From positions 25,215 through 49,214 of the forward strand of contig CAVOXR010000014.1 of assembly GCA_963700475.1 (NCBI GenBank): DNA of 24,000 bases. The letters run 5' to 3'. Of the stretch, positions 1-11,619 are shown piece by piece. The position numbers and the translations under genes were made by a program. Position 1 is the first letter of the stretch. Every line of letters starts with the position of its first letter. The notes below the pieces were generated by a model. The model was not told the origin of the DNA. It searched no databases and saw only the letters and a program-made list of their open reading frames with translations. Origin of the DNA: an uncultured Actinomycetes bacterium. Lineage in GTDB: Bacteria; Actinomycetota; Actinomycetes; S36-B12; CAIYMF01.

Positions 1-535
1 CCAGCCCCCGCCCGATGGCCGCGGCCAGGTGGCGCCGCCACGCATGCACCAGCAGCGACTCGAGTCCGGGCATGACCCGCGCCATGCCCTCGCCCACCGC
101 GGGGAGGTCGACCGGCGCCTCAGTCTCGGACAGGACCCGTGCCATGGTGTCGACCTGCCAGTCGGCCAGCCGGGAGGCCGTCTGCCCCATGCTGCGCACG
201 ACCTCGATCGTGGTGGCCTCGTCGAGGGTCCCACTCGTGACCCAGCCTGTGAGCAGGCACAGCGACTCGACGTCGGTCGAGGTGAAGGCCGGAGCCGTTC
301 CGACGTCGGCGAAGCCCATGGCCCGCCAGTAGGGCCGCGCCTGCTCGACGGTGAGCCCCGCGGCAACGGCGGCCTCCTCGCGCGTGAACACCGCCGGATC
401 CCCGAGGACGATCTCGGCGATCCGCGCGACCTGCTGCTGGCGCGGATCGGGCTGCCCGTCCTCAGGCGGGAGTGCGGCGGTGGCATGTGCCGATGCCTCA
501 TCGCCGAGCGGGACCTCGTCGGCGGGCTCGGTCAC
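1..535 (-). CDS. Partial CDS (N-terminal ~178 codons, continues past the left edge): regulatory-type protein, possibly a Cya-like adenylate cyclase
   Basis: It is absent from the ORF track because it has no stop inside the window. Manual reverse translation from GTG at 535-533 (1 nt after the birA stop) stays open to position 1, with nearly all third positions G/C: VTEPADEVPLGDEASAHATAALPPEDGQPDPRQQQVARIAEIVLGDPAVFTREEAAVAAGLTVEQARPYWRAMGFADVGTAPAFTSTDVESL... The N-terminal pattern and the position next to birA recall cya beside birA in Streptomyces. That is from memory and unverified. Confidence 0.5.
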   Translation of the reverse strand, partial: MTEPADEVPLGDEASAHATAALPPEDGQPDPRQQQVARIAEIVLGDPAVFTREEAAVAAGLTVEQARPYWRAMGFADVGTAPAFTSTDVESLCLLTGWVTSGTLDEATTIEVVRSMGQTASRLADWQVDTMARVLSETEAPVDLPAVGEGMARVMPGLESLLVHAWRRHLAAAIGRGL

Positions 536-536
536 G

Positions 537-1463
537 TCAGCGCGTCTGGGCGTGCGTCACGTCACCGACCACGACCTCGACCTGGGAACCCTCGGAATCG
601 ACCAGCAGTGCGCCGGTCGGGCTGATCCCCGCACCCACCCCGACAAGTTCCTCGGCGCCGGGGCGGACCACGCTCAGGGGGGAGCCGATGGAGATGCACC
701 GCTCCCGGTAGGACTCCAGGAGCCGATCCAGGGAGGCGGTGTCGGTGCCGACGGCGTCCCACGCCGTGAACCAGTGCTCGATGCGCGACAAGGCTCGGCC
801 GATCAGCTTGGCCCGCCGCGGGCGCATGACCCCGGCCAGCGTCAGCGACGTGGCACCTGGCACGGGGAGGTCGGACTCCGCGAGGTCGACGTTGATGCCG
901 ACGCCCAGGACGATGGCCCCGGTCTGCGCATCGCGCTCGGCCAGGATGCCGCCCACCTTGCCGCCGCGTCCGCTCGGGGCGTCCTCGTCGCGGATCACGA
1001 GGTCGTTGGGCCACTTCAGGGATGCCCGCACGCCCGTCACGAACTCCAGCGCCTCGCAGACGGCAACACCGGCCAGCAGGGGAAGGACCCCCCACTCGTG
1101 GTCCGGGCCGGTGGGGTGCAGGACGACCGAGAACATGGCCGAGGTCCCTGACGGCGCCTCCCAGGACCGGTCCAGCCGGCCACGCCCGGACGTCTGCAGG
1201 TCGGTCACGAGCACGACGCCCGACGGGCAGCCGGCGCTGGCCAGGGCGACGCCGACGGTGTTGGTGGAGGCGATCTCGGAGAACACCGTCACGCTGCGCC
1301 AGGAACCGCCGCCCTTGCGGATCGACTTCACGACAGCGGCGGTCCCCAGGTCGACGGGCCACTGCTCGACGTAGGCCACCCCCGAGGATCGGGGTCGACC
1401 GTCGGGACCGGGGACGAGCGGGGCGGGGGTGGGGGCAACCGGCCCCGGAGTGGTCTCAGACAC
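537..1463 (-). CDS. birA: Biotin--[acetyl-CoA-carboxylase] ligase (group I BirA, no HTH domain)
   Basis: This is the C-terminal part of track ORF 537..1745. It has the biotin-binding loop [16 protein letters not shown] (GRGRxxRxW) and KWPNDL. The 402-aa ORF start at 1745 would run through the pccB start, so it is unlikely. In-frame GTGs at 1463 (VSETTPGP...) and 1379 (VAYVEQW...) are plausible starts, and the true start is ambiguous. Stop is TGA at 539-537. Confidence 0.85.
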   Translation of the reverse strand: MSETTPGPVAPTPAPLVPGPDGRPRSSGVAYVEQWPVDLGTAAVVKSIRKGGGSWRSVTVFSEIASTNTVGVALASAGCPSGVVLVTDLQTSGRGRLDRSWEAPSGTSAMFSVVLHPTGPDHEWGVLPLLAGVAVCEALEFVTGVRASLKWPNDLVIRDEDAPSGRGGKVGGILAERDAQTGAIVLGVGINVDLAESDLPVPGATSLTLAGVMRPRRAKLIGRALSRIEHWFTAWDAVGTDTASLDRLLESYRERCISIGSPLSVVRPGAEELVGVGAGISPTGALLVDSEGSQVEVVVGDVTHAQTR

Positions 1464-1506
1464 AGGGATAAGGTACTTCACGAAGTGCTTCTTCGAGAGG
1501 GACGAG

Positions 1507-3114
1507 ATGAGCGCCAGCGCACCTGAGCCGAGCACACCTGAGGCCACCAGCGACCTGACCACGACCGCGGGCAAGCTCGCCGACCTCGAGCATCGCCGGC
1601 ATGAGGCGATCCTGGCCGGCAAGGCCAAGCGGATCGAGAAGCAGCACGCCAAGGGCAAGATGACTGCTCGGGAGCGGCTGCGCCACTTCCTCGACGCGGA
1701 CTCGTTCGTCGAGATGGACGACCTCGCCCGGCACCGCTCGTACAACTTCGGCGGCCAGAAGAACCGGCCCTACGGCGACGGCGTGGTCACCGGGACGGGC
1801 ACGATCGACGGCCGACCGGTCTGCGTGTTCGCCCAGGACTTCACCGTGTTCGGCGGCTCCCTGGGCGAGGTCTTCGGCGAGAAGATCATCAAGGTGATGG
1901 ACCTGGCCCTCAGGAACGGCTGGCCCATCATCGGGATCAACGACTCCGGCGGCGCGCGCATCCAGGAGGGCGTGGTCTCCCTGGCGATCTACGGCGAGAT
2001 CTTCCGCCGCAACGTCCACGCATCCGGGGTCATCCCGCAGATCTCGCTGATCATGGGCCCCTGCGCCGGCGGCGCGGTCTACTCCCCGGCCATCACCGAC
2101 TTCACCGTGATGGTCGACAAGACCTCGCACATGTTCATCACCGGCCCGGACGTCATCAAGACCGTCACCGGCGAGGACGTGGAGTTCGAGGAGCTCGGTG
2201 GCGCGCGCACCCACAACACCAAGTCCGGCGTCGCGCACTACATGGGCGAGGACGAGCACGATGCCCTGGGCTATGTCCGGGCGCTGCTGAGCTACCTGCC
2301 GGCGAACAACCTCGAGCGGCCGCCGGTATTCGGCGAGGAGGCCGACCTCACGCCCACCGAGACGGACCTGGCCCTCGACACCCTGATCCCGGACTCCCCC
2401 AACCAGCCCTACGACATGCACCGGGCCATCGAGGCCGTGCTCGACGACGAGGAGTTCCTCGAGGTCCAGCCGCTCTTCGCCCCGAACATGGTCATCGGGT
2501 TCGGCCGGGTCGAGGGGCATTCGGTCGGGATCGTGGCCAACCAGCCGATGCAGTTCGCCGGCACGCTGGACATCGACGCCTCCGAGAAGGCCGCGCGCTT
2601 CGTGCGCACGTGCGACGCGTTCAACATCCCCGTGATCACCTTCGTCGACGTCCCCGGCTTCCTTCCCGGCACCTCCCAGGAGTGGGACGGCATCATCCGC
2701 CGCGGCGCCAAGCTGATCTACGCCTACGTCGAGGCCACCGTCCCCAAGGTCACGGTCATCACCCGCAAGGCCTACGGCGGCGCGTACGTCGTCATGGGCT
2801 CCAAGCACCTCGGTGGCGACGTCAACATCGCGTGGCCGACCGGCCAGATCGCCGTGATGGGCGCCCAGGGCGCGGTGAGCATCCTGTACCGCAAGGAGCT
2901 GGCCGTGGCTGAGGATCCCGCGGGGATGCGCGCGGAGCTCGAGGCCGAGTACAACCTGCAGCTGGCCAACCCGTACCTCGCCGGCGAGCGCGGCTACATC
3001 GACCGCGTGATCCTGCCCCACGAGACCCGGGCGCAGGTGACCCAGGCCCTGCGGGTCCTGCGCAACAAGCGCGAGACCCTTCCCCCGAAGAAGCACGGGA
3101 ACATCCCGCTGTGA
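1507..3114 (+). CDS. pccB: Acyl-CoA (propionyl/acetyl-CoA) carboxylase carboxyltransferase beta subunit
   Basis: Track ORF 1429..3114. The internal ATG at 1507 is preceded by GAGAGGGACGAG (Shine-Dalgarno-like) and gives MSASAPEPS... It is a full-length carboxyltransferase with two crotonase-like halves (..[11 protein letters not shown].., ..[13 protein letters not shown]..). It is divergent from birA, as in the Mtb accD5 and S. coelicolor pccB loci. Confidence 0.95.
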   Translation: MSASAPEPSTPEATSDLTTTAGKLADLEHRRHEAILAGKAKRIEKQHAKGKMTARERLRHFLDADSFVEMDDLARHRSYNFGGQKNRPYGDGVVTGTGTIDGRPVCVFAQDFTVFGGSLGEVFGEKIIKVMDLALRNGWPIIGINDSGGARIQEGVVSLAIYGEIFRRNVHASGVIPQISLIMGPCAGGAVYSPAITDFTVMVDKTSHMFITGPDVIKTVTGEDVEFEELGGARTHNTKSGVAHYMGEDEHDALGYVRALLSYLPANNLERPPVFGEEADLTPTETDLALDTLIPDSPNQPYDMHRAIEAVLDDEEFLEVQPLFAPNMVIGFGRVEGHSVGIVANQPMQFAGTLDIDASEKAARFVRTCDAFNIPVITFVDVPGFLPGTSQEWDGIIRRGAKLIYAYVEATVPKVTVITRKAYGGAYVVMGSKHLGGDVNIAWPTGQIAVMGAQGAVSILYRKELAVAEDPAGMRAELEAEYNLQLANPYLAGERGYIDRVILPHETRAQVTQALRVLRNKRETLPPKKHGNIPL

Positions 3115-3344
3115 ACGCCGACGGCGGCACCGAGCACGTGGGCGAGCGGCCCACGCTGCGGATCGTCCGCGGGGACCCGACACCTGAGGAGCTTGCGGCG
3201 GTGGTGGCCGTGCTGGCTGCCGCCTCGGCGGGCGACGAGTCAGTCGGGCCGGCCGGGCCGGGCGCGCAGTGGGCGCCGCCTGCCCGCCTGATGCGCCAGG
3301 CGGTGGCGCCGACCGGGTGGTGGGAGTCGTCGCTGCCGCGGTGA
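3111..3344 (+). CDS. accE: Acyl-CoA carboxylase epsilon subunit (AccE5/PccE-like small peptide)
   Basis: A 77-aa ORF whose GTG start overlaps the pccB stop (GTGA). The sequence [29 protein letters not shown] matches the hallmark LRVVRG.PT.EELAAL..VL motif of the ACCase epsilon family, and the gene sits at the canonical position after the beta subunit. Confidence 0.85.
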   Translation: MNADGGTEHVGERPTLRIVRGDPTPEELAAVVAVLAAASAGDESVGPAGPGAQWAPPARLMRQAVAPTGWWESSLPR

Positions 3345-3435
3345 GCTGACCACGGACGCCGACGGGCGTGGCGGTGCGTCAACCTCTGATCGTCGCCGCC
3401 GTCGTGTCCTGCCTGCCTGCCATTAGGCTGCCGCC

Positions 3436-5679
3436 GTGATCTCCGAACGGCCCTTCGCGGATGGTCGGCACACGGCCGTCTTCGTGTTCAACGAGCTGAA
3501 GGCCGACGGCGGACGACTGACCCAGTTCTGGTTGGCGCGGCTCACCGCCTTCGCCGAGGCTGGCTGGGCCACACATGCCGTGCTGATCAACAAGGACGCG
3601 CACCTGCAGCGCACCGTCCAGCGCCTGGTCGAGGACGGCCGGTTCCCCGCCGACACCGGCCTGCACCACTTCGCGCTTCGCGATCGCCGGATCCGGGCGT
3701 CCTGGTGGGGGCCGCTGCCTCCCGGGGGGTCGATCGACCCACGGGTCGGTGACTGGCTCGACTGGCTGACCGCGCAGGTCCCCGGTGCGGTGGTGTTCGC
3801 CGACTCACCGGCCGCCTATCCGTACCTGGCCGCGATGACCAACCCGACGGTGGCCCTCGTCGCCGGGGTCCACCTCAATCACCTGACGGCGCCGAAGCAC
3901 GGCCAGGAGCCGGCCCTGTCGGCGATGACCCCCCGGTTCGCCGAGCGGTTCGCCGACCAGCAGGCAGCCTTCGACGCCCTGGTCGTGCTCACCGAGGCGC
4001 AGGCACAGGACCTGCGGACCCGGTTCGGACCGGACACGCCCACCCTGGTCATCCCCCCGGCCGTGGCGCCACCAGATCCGCGTGTGGGCCCTTCGCGCGA
4101 ACCCCGGTCCGACGATCCGCGGCGGCGCCGGATCGTGTCGTTCGGCCCGCTGGAGACCGCCTCACGACATCACGACGTGCTGCGTGCGGCCCAGCCGGCG
4201 ATGGCCGCGGACCTCGGCCTGACTCTCGACGTGGTCGGCGAGGGCGACGAGGCCGACGCCCTGCTCGCGCTGGCTGGGGATCTCGGGCTGGCAGGGCGGG
4301 TCAGCATCGTCACCCCGACGGCGGACGACTTCGCCCCGTTCACGGACGCCGTCCTCACCGTGTGGGCCGGTCGCCGCGAGTCCTTCCCCCTTGCCATCCT
4401 GCGCTCGCTGGGCGCAGGTGTCCCGGTCGTGGCCTACGACGTCCGCTACGGGCCCGCGGAGCTCGTCACCGCACCCGAGGCCGGCGAGCTCGTGCGCTCC
4501 GGGGACGTCGATGGGCTGACATCGGCGATCAGCCGCCGGGTCGGGGCCAGCGCGTCGCCGGCCCAGCCGGGCCCGAACGACGAGGTCGTCGTGGCTGCCG
4601 CATCGGTCCTGCGCCGCACCGACCCCCGCGCGGTCTGGGCGCGGTGGACGGCCCTGGCCGCGGAACTCGCCGACCGCGCGTGCGACCACCGCGCGCCCAG
4701 CCTCGTCGTCGAGTCGCTGACCACGACGACCCGGGTGCTGCGCATGCCGGGCGTCCTGGCCGACTCCTCCACCGGGCTGACCGCCTGGTCATGCGAGCTC
4801 CCCGGCCTGGCCGAGCCCGCGGGCTGGCTGAGCGACCCGCCGCCGGTCAGCGGGGTGGAGGACGTCGAGGACGAGGACCTGCCCGTCCACCCGCACGCCG
4901 CCGGGCCGACCCGCGAGGTGGTCGCGCAGATCCGCTCCAACGCCCTGGCATTCGTCGCCAACGAGACAGGGCCGTTCCGGGTCGAGTTCACCGACGGGAG
5001 CACCAGGGTGCCCCTGCTCACGACCGGGTTCGAACCGAGGATCATCGCCGCCCGCGTGGGCAATGCAACCCTCGAGCGCCAACCCGACGGCAGCGTGTGG
5101 GTCAGCCCGCGACCAGAGCTGCTGCTGGCCACCAACGTCGATGGTCGCCTGCTCGTGCGGATCGGCGAGGACGGGGCCGCCAGCGACATCACCCACGCCC
5201 TGGACTGGGTCGTCGACATCGACTGGGCCGACCTGGCGCCCACACCGGAGGGCGCCACCTTCACCGGCGTGCTGCGGGCGACGAACATCGCCCCGGCGGA
5301 CGACTCCCCGCCGGCCATCTGCGTGGCCGACATGGGCGGCTTCTCCCGGACGGTCGGCCTCCTGCACTACACCGGGGATCCCACCGTCGAGGGTCTGGAC
5401 TGGTCCGCCCCCGTGGCTGGAGTCATCGAGACCGACCCGCTGGTGGCCACGACCGACCTGGCTCGCGGGGCGCTGGCCCTGCACGTCGGGTTCCGCGGCC
5501 TGCTCGTGCCCATCGGCGGGCTGTGGACCCACGGTCAGCGCTCCCCGATGCACCTCACGTGCCCGCGCGGCATGGTGACCCTTCTGCCCTCACCTGGGGG
5601 TCGGGTCCTGGTCGCGCCCGGCAAGGGGTACCGCGCCCGGACCTCGGGGGCCATCCGCGGGGTCGCCCGCCGTGGCTGA
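3436..5679 (+). CDS. GT-B fold glycosyltransferase (GT4/GT1-like, N-terminal ~400 aa) fused to a ~350-aa uncharacterised C-terminal domain
   Basis: A 747-aa ORF with a GTG start. The glycosyltransferase signature is ...VWAGRRESFPLAILRSLGAGVPVVAYDVRYGPAELV... (EX7E-type motif of retaining GT4 enzymes), and the overall layout resembles TagE/GtfA-like enzymes. I recognise no motif in the C-terminal half (about nt 4640-5679). The stop overlaps the maf start by 8 nt (GTGGCTGA). Confidence 0.8.
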   Translation: MISERPFADGRHTAVFVFNELKADGGRLTQFWLARLTAFAEAGWATHAVLINKDAHLQRTVQRLVEDGRFPADTGLHHFALRDRRIRASWWGPLPPGGSIDPRVGDWLDWLTAQVPGAVVFADSPAAYPYLAAMTNPTVALVAGVHLNHLTAPKHGQEPALSAMTPRFAERFADQQAAFDALVVLTEAQAQDLRTRFGPDTPTLVIPPAVAPPDPRVGPSREPRSDDPRRRRIVSFGPLETASRHHDVLRAAQPAMAADLGLTLDVVGEGDEADALLALAGDLGLAGRVSIVTPTADDFAPFTDAVLTVWAGRRESFPLAILRSLGAGVPVVAYDVRYGPAELVTAPEAGELVRSGDVDGLTSAISRRVGASASPAQPGPNDEVVVAAASVLRRTDPRAVWARWTALAAELADRACDHRAPSLVVESLTTTTRVLRMPGVLADSSTGLTAWSCELPGLAEPAGWLSDPPPVSGVEDVEDEDLPVHPHAAGPTREVVAQIRSNALAFVANETGPFRVEFTDGSTRVPLLTTGFEPRIIAARVGNATLERQPDGSVWVSPRPELLLATNVDGRLLVRIGEDGAASDITHALDWVVDIDWADLAPTPEGATFTGVLRATNIAPADDSPPAICVADMGGFSRTVGLLHYTGDPTVEGLDWSAPVAGVIETDPLVATTDLARGALALHVGFRGLLVPIGGLWTHGQRSPMHLTCPRGMVTLLPSPGGRVLVAPGKGYRARTSGAIRGVARRG

Positions 5680-6376
5680 GCCCACCCAGCCCACCCGCCC
5701 GGCCGACACGGGGCACCCTGTCCATGCGGGGCGCCCGGTCCTCGTCCTCGGATCCGCCTCCCCCGCCCGGGCCACGCTGCTCAGGGCGGCAGGGATCACC
5801 CCGATCATCTGGCACAGCCGGGTCGACGAGGATGCCCTGATCGCCTCCGCCCGCGACCTCGTGTCCGACCCACCCGCCCTTGTCCAGATGCTGGCCACCG
5901 CCAAGGCCCGCGACGTTGCCGACCAGGTCCGTTCGGGGGACGTCCCGGGCGTTGCGGCCGGCGCGCGGGTGCTGGTCATCGGGGCGGACTCCATGCTCGA
6001 CTTCGACGGCCAGGTGCTCGGCAAGGCTCGCACCGCCCAGGAGGTCCGCGACCGCTGGGCAGCCATGTCCGGAGGGACGGGGGTGCTGGTCACCGGCCAC
6101 ACGGTCATCGACCTCGACACCGGGCGCGAGGCGCACCGCGCGGTGGCCACGACGATCCGCTTCGGCCGCCCGGATCCCGTGGAGCTCGAGGCGTACATCG
6201 CCTCGGGGGAGCCGCTGGCCGTGGCCGGATCATGCACGATCGACGGTCTCGGGGGGCCTTTCATCGACGGGATCTCCGGCGATCACTCGAACGTGATCGG
6301 GCTGGCACTGCCGACCCTTCGCGGGCTGGTGACCGAGCTTGACATCCGCTGGACCGACCTCTGGGACCGCGCCTGA
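5672..6376 (+). CDS. maf: Maf-like nucleoside triphosphate pyrophosphatase
   Basis: A 234-aa ORF containing [15 protein letters not shown] (Maf N-terminal SASPRR-like motif), ..[18 protein letters not shown].. and ..[29 protein letters not shown].. It occupies the same position as the Mtb Rv3282 maf-like gene. Confidence 0.9.
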   Translation: MAEPTQPTRPADTGHPVHAGRPVLVLGSASPARATLLRAAGITPIIWHSRVDEDALIASARDLVSDPPALVQMLATAKARDVADQVRSGDVPGVAAGARVLVIGADSMLDFDGQVLGKARTAQEVRDRWAAMSGGTGVLVTGHTVIDLDTGREAHRAVATTIRFGRPDPVELEAYIASGEPLAVAGSCTIDGLGGPFIDGISGDHSNVIGLALPTLRGLVTELDIRWTDLWDRA

Positions 6377-6468
6377 CGGGTGGCCGCGAACCGGCCGGAC
6401 CACCCTCCGTAGGATGGCTGGCGAGTCGCCCGGAATCGGGCCCCGGAGTGCGTGTGAGGGGTGCGGGA

Positions 6469-8231
<1,763 letters not shown>

Positions 8232-8233
<2 letters not shown>

Positions 8234-8250
8234 GCGCTCTGGACGCGCTC
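8232..8250. terminator. Possible bidirectional terminator hairpin between convergent accA and the amidotransferase gene
   Basis: GAGCGC (8232-8237) and GCGCTC (8245-8250) form a 6-bp GC-rich stem with a 7-nt loop, inside the 28-nt convergent gap. There is no U-tract. Confidence 0.3.
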
Positions 8251-8261
8251 GGTGGGACCGG

Positions 8262-9092
8262 CTACCTGTGCACGGGCGCGAACGGGCGGATCTCGTCCTC
8301 TCCGGGTTGCACGACCCCGCACGATGACTCGGGAACCTCTCGCCAGGCACCCTCCAGGTCGCCCAGGGGCTCGGAGACGATCAGGCGGGTCTCGTCGGAC
8401 ACCTGATGAAGGATGGGGTTGTCCGGATAGGTGTCGCGCAGCATGGCGACGTTCGTGCTGTGGAACAGCGAGCGAGACCGGCCCTCGCTCGAGTATCGGA
8501 AGGCCCAGATGCTGGTGCCATCGGTTGTGGCCACCGTCATCATGATCGGATCCTGCACCCCACGGCTGCGCCCTGTGTCCTCGATGAACCCGACCGTCCG
8601 CTCGACGGCGCTCAACGGGTCGTCCTGCAGGCCCATGGTCAGCGCCAGGTAGAAGAACATCTCAGAATCGGTCGAGCCCTCGATCAGGGCGTAGAGCGAC
8701 GGGTCGACGGCGAATGCCAGGTCGCGCTTGACCGTGGCGAACTCGCGGATGAGGCCGTTGTGCATCCACAACCAGTTCTCGTACCGGAACGGGTGGCAGT
8801 TGGTCTGCTGTATCGCACCGCCGGTCGAGGCCCGCACGTGCGCGAACACCAGGGGGGAGACCAGGTGCTTGGCGAGGTCGGCGAGGTTGCGGTCGTTCCA
8901 GGCCGGTTCCGTGCTGTGGAACACCCCGGGGGTGTCGCCCACCCCGTACCAGCCCAGGCCGAATCCGTCACCGTTGGTGGTGGTGGCCCCCATCCGCGAG
9001 TGCAGGCTCTGGTCGATCAACGAGTGCTTCGGCTTGAGCAGGAGCTCGGACACGGGGATCGACGATCCCGAGTAGGCCATCCAGCGACACAT
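8262..9092 (-). CDS. Class II (Ntn-type) glutamine amidotransferase, YafJ/EgtC-like
   Basis: Track ORF 8262..9260, trimmed to the ATG at 9092. That start gives MCRWMAYSGSS..., with Cys2 as the obligatory N-terminal nucleophile of this family, and is preceded by GGAGGTGGAG. Family motifs are GATTTNGDGFGLGWY and TNCHPFRYENWLWMHNGLI. It lies 34 nt downstream of hypE on the same strand. Confidence 0.85.
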   Translation of the reverse strand: MCRWMAYSGSSIPVSELLLKPKHSLIDQSLHSRMGATTTNGDGFGLGWYGVGDTPGVFHSTEPAWNDRNLADLAKHLVSPLVFAHVRASTGGAIQQTNCHPFRYENWLWMHNGLIREFATVKRDLAFAVDPSLYALIEGSTDSEMFFYLALTMGLQDDPLSAVERTVGFIEDTGRSRGVQDPIMMTVATTDGTSIWAFRYSSEGRSRSLFHSTNVAMLRDTYPDNPILHQVSDETRLIVSEPLGDLEGAWREVPESSCGVVQPGEDEIRPFAPVHR

Positions 9093-9126
9093 GCTCCACC
9101 TCCGGGTCCGGGTACCTGCAGTCCTA

Positions 9127-10215
9127 TCAGCAGATGCGGGGCAGTTGCTCAGCCAGCGGCAGGTCGACCACGCGGGTTCCGCCGATCCCGGTGCGCGCGA
9201 CCACGACCCCGGGGTGCTCGGCCGTGACCGAGCCGATGCGGGTGGCGTCCCGGGCGACATCCGTGCCCCGCATCACCGCCAGTGCCTCCTCGGCGTCCGC
9301 GCCGCGCACGAACACCACGACCTTGCCCTCGTTCGCGATGTACAGCGGATCCAGGCCGAGGAGGCCGCAGGCCGCCCGGACGGCCTCGGGCACGGGCACG
9401 TCGCGCTCGACGATCACGATGCCGGTGCCGCTGGCGTGGGCGATCTCGTTGAGGGTCGCCGCGACGCCGCCGCGGGTGGGGTCGCGCATCATCGACACCC
9501 CGACACCGGCGGCCAGCAGGGCCTGGGTGACTGGCGTGAGGGGTGCGGAGTCGGTGGCGAGGTCCGCGCCGAACTCCAGGCCGTCGCGGACGCTCAGCAC
9601 CGCGATCCCGTGCATGCCGATCGGGCCGGACAGCAGGACGGCATCACCGGGGCGCACCTGACTGGGGCCGAGCACCAGGCCGGAGGGGACCAGCCCGATG
9701 CCGGCGGTGTTCAGGTACACCCCGTCGCCGTGCCCGGAGTCGACGACCTTCGTGTCGCCGGTGACGATCGAGACCCCGGCGGCCCTCGCCGCTGCGCCCA
9801 TCGTCTGCGCGATGATGCCCAACTCGTCGAGGGCCATGCCCTCCTCGAGGATCGCCCCGACCGACAGGGCCAGGGGCAGGGCTCCGCTGACGGCCAGGTC
9901 GTTGACAGTGCCGTTGACCGCGAGGTCTCCGATGTTGCCGCCGGGGAAGAACCGGGGGCGCACGACGTAGGAGTCGGTGGTGAACGCCAGGCGCAGGCCC
10001 CGATCCGCGGCCGGTGCGCCGAGGTCCAGCACCGCTGCGTCCCCGAGCTGCGTGAGCACGTCGGCCAGGGGGGTCCCGCCGAAGGCCGGGAGGAACAGGT
10101 GCTCGATGAGCTCGGCGGACAGGCGCCCCCCGCCGCCGTGGCCCATCACGACGCTGGGGTGGTCGCGCAGGGGCATCGGGCACGACCAGGAGGTGATGTC
10201 CAGGGGTTGACTCAT
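9127..10215 (-). CDS. hypE: Hydrogenase maturation protein HypE (carbamoyl dehydratase, thiocyanate-forming)
   Basis: Track ORF 9127..10329. The internal ATG at 10215 overlaps the hypD stop (ATGA). It has an AIR-synthase-like fold sequence with GHGGGG near the N-terminus and the diagnostic C-terminal ...LPRIC* (modified Cys). Confidence 0.95.
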   Translation of the reverse strand: MSQPLDITSWSCPMPLRDHPSVVMGHGGGGRLSAELIEHLFLPAFGGTPLADVLTQLGDAAVLDLGAPAADRGLRLAFTTDSYVVRPRFFPGGNIGDLAVNGTVNDLAVSGALPLALSVGAILEEGMALDELGIIAQTMGAAARAAGVSIVTGDTKVVDSGHGDGVYLNTAGIGLVPSGLVLGPSQVRPGDAVLLSGPIGMHGIAVLSVRDGLEFGADLATDSAPLTPVTQALLAAGVGVSMMRDPTRGGVAATLNEIAHASGTGIVIVERDVPVPEAVRAACGLLGLDPLYIANEGKVVVFVRGADAEEALAVMRGTDVARDATRIGSVTAEHPGVVVARTGIGGTRVVDLPLAEQLPRIC

Positions 10216-11309
10216 GCCGGCTGCTCCAGCCGCCGGAACTGGAAGTAGGCGGCGCACGCACCCTCGCTGGAGACCATGGGCGCGCCCAGGGGCGACCTCG
10301 GCGTGCACGCCGTGCCGAACGCCTCGCACTGGAACGGCTTGATCAGGCCCTGGAGCACCTCACCGGCCCGGCACTGCTCCGACTCGCTTGTGACGATGCC
10401 CGCGACGTCGAACCGACCCTCGGCATCGAACTCGGCGTACTCGTCCGCGAGCCGCCACCCCGAACGCGGGATCACGCCGATGCCGCGCCACGACCGGTCG
10501 CACACGGTGAAGACGTCCTCGACCACTGCCTGGGCCACCGGGTTCCCCGCCGGCGCGACTGCGCGTGGGTAGGCGTTCTCGAGCTCGGCGCGGCCCTCCT
10601 CGAGTTGGCGGACCGTGCGCCGGATGCCCTCGAGGACGTCGAGCGGCTCGAAGCCGGTCACCACGATGGGGACGCGGTACTTCTCCACCAACGTCTCGTA
10701 CTGGGCCATGCCCATGACGGTGCACACGTGCCCAGCGGCCAGGAAGCCCTGGACACGGCACGAGGGGGACTCCATGATCGCGGTGATGGCCGGGGGCACC
10801 AGGACGTGGGAGACCAGCACGGAGAAGTTGGTGATCCCCTGCCGCCTGGCGACCTGCACGGTCATCGCGTTGGCCGGGGCCGTGGTCTCGAAGCCGATGC
10901 CGAAGAACACCACCTGCTTGTCGGGGTTCTCCTGCGCGATCCGCACGGCATCCAGCGGCGAGTAGACGACGCGCACGTCCCCGCCGGCGCTCTTGACCCG
11001 GAACAGGTCGCCCTCGGAGCCCGGTACCCGGATCATGTCGCCGAAGGAGCAGAAGATGACCCCCGGCGTGGCCGCGATGGCCAGCGCCCGGTCGATGGTC
11101 TCCAGGGGGGTGACGCACACCGGGCAGCCTGGACCGTGGATCATCTCCACGCCCTCGGGGAGGAGCTGGTCGATGCCGTTGCGGACGATCGTGTGGGTCT
11201 GCCCACCGCAGACCTCCATCAACGCCCACGGGCGGGTGACCGTCGCGGCGATGTCGTCCAGGAGCCGGCGCGCGAGCTCCGGGTCGCCGAACTCGTCGAG
11301 GTACTTCAC
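10212..11309 (-). CDS. hypD: Hydrogenase maturation Fe-S protein HypD
   Basis: 365 aa, [13 protein letters not shown]... Motifs are [21 protein letters not shown] and a C-terminal Cys cluster ([13 protein letters not shown]...EGACAAY). The GTG start overlaps the hypC stop (GTGA). Confidence 0.95.
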   Translation of the reverse strand: MKYLDEFGDPELARRLLDDIAATVTRPWALMEVCGGQTHTIVRNGIDQLLPEGVEMIHGPGCPVCVTPLETIDRALAIAATPGVIFCSFGDMIRVPGSEGDLFRVKSAGGDVRVVYSPLDAVRIAQENPDKQVVFFGIGFETTAPANAMTVQVARRQGITNFSVLVSHVLVPPAITAIMESPSCRVQGFLAAGHVCTVMGMAQYETLVEKYRVPIVVTGFEPLDVLEGIRRTVRQLEEGRAELENAYPRAVAPAGNPVAQAVVEDVFTVCDRSWRGIGVIPRSGWRLADEYAEFDAEGRFDVAGIVTSESEQCRAGEVLQGLIKPFQCEAFGTACTPRSPLGAPMVSSEGACAAYFQFRRLEQPA

Positions 11310-11599
11310 GGCGATCCCCGAGAGCCCGGTTCGGACATGGGGTCAGGCCCGGCACCCGCCACGAGCTCCTGCTCCAGGAGTCCGACGCTGCGCATGAGCT
11401 CGAGGGTCTCCAGCGCCGACGCCTCGTCGAGCTTCGTGAGGGCGAAGCCGACGTGAACGATCGTGTAGTCGCCGACCTCGACCTCGGGGACGTACGCGAG
11501 GCAGACCTCCTTGCGGATGCCGCCGAAGTCGACGGTGGCCATGCGCATGCCGTGCACCTCCCACACGGTGTCGACCCTGCCGGGGACCCCCAGACACAC
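11306..11599 (-). CDS. hypC: Hydrogenase maturation chaperone HypC/HupF family
   Basis: It lies within track ORF 11306..11740. GTG at 11599 followed by TGT gives (M)CLGVPGRV..., the invariant N-terminal Cys motif. GAGGAGG lies just upstream. The protein is 97 aa. Confidence 0.9.
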   Translation of the reverse strand: MCLGVPGRVDTVWEVHGMRMATVDFGGIRKEVCLAYVPEVEVGDYTIVHVGFALTKLDEASALETLELMRSVGLLEQELVAGAGPDPMSEPGSRGSP

Positions 11600-11619
11600 G
11601 GTCGACCTCCTCGGGGACG

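Noticed and set aside
1475-1486. A short inverted repeat ACTTC-AC-GAAGT in the birA/pccB divergent region, considered as a possible BirA operator
   Set aside because: The arms are only 5 bp. This BirA has no N-terminal HTH domain (group I ligase; its N-terminus is Pro-rich low complexity), so it is not expected to bind DNA.
1456-3183. A 575-aa minus-strand ORF, plus similar ORFs at 6283..7641 (-), 4362..5840 (+), 18806..21007-region (-) and 9091..10248 (+)
   Set aside because: All are alternative-frame or antisense shadows of confidently identified genes (pccB, accA, the glycosyltransferase, GH5, hypE). None shows a recognisable motif, and all have skewed Arg/Pro/Gly content.
3345-3435. The intergenic region after accE, examined for a terminator or riboswitch-like structure (ACGCC-GACG-GGCGT at ~3355-3368)
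   Set aside because: It has only a 5-bp stem, no U-tract and no conserved RNA motif that I can recognise. It is too weak to call.
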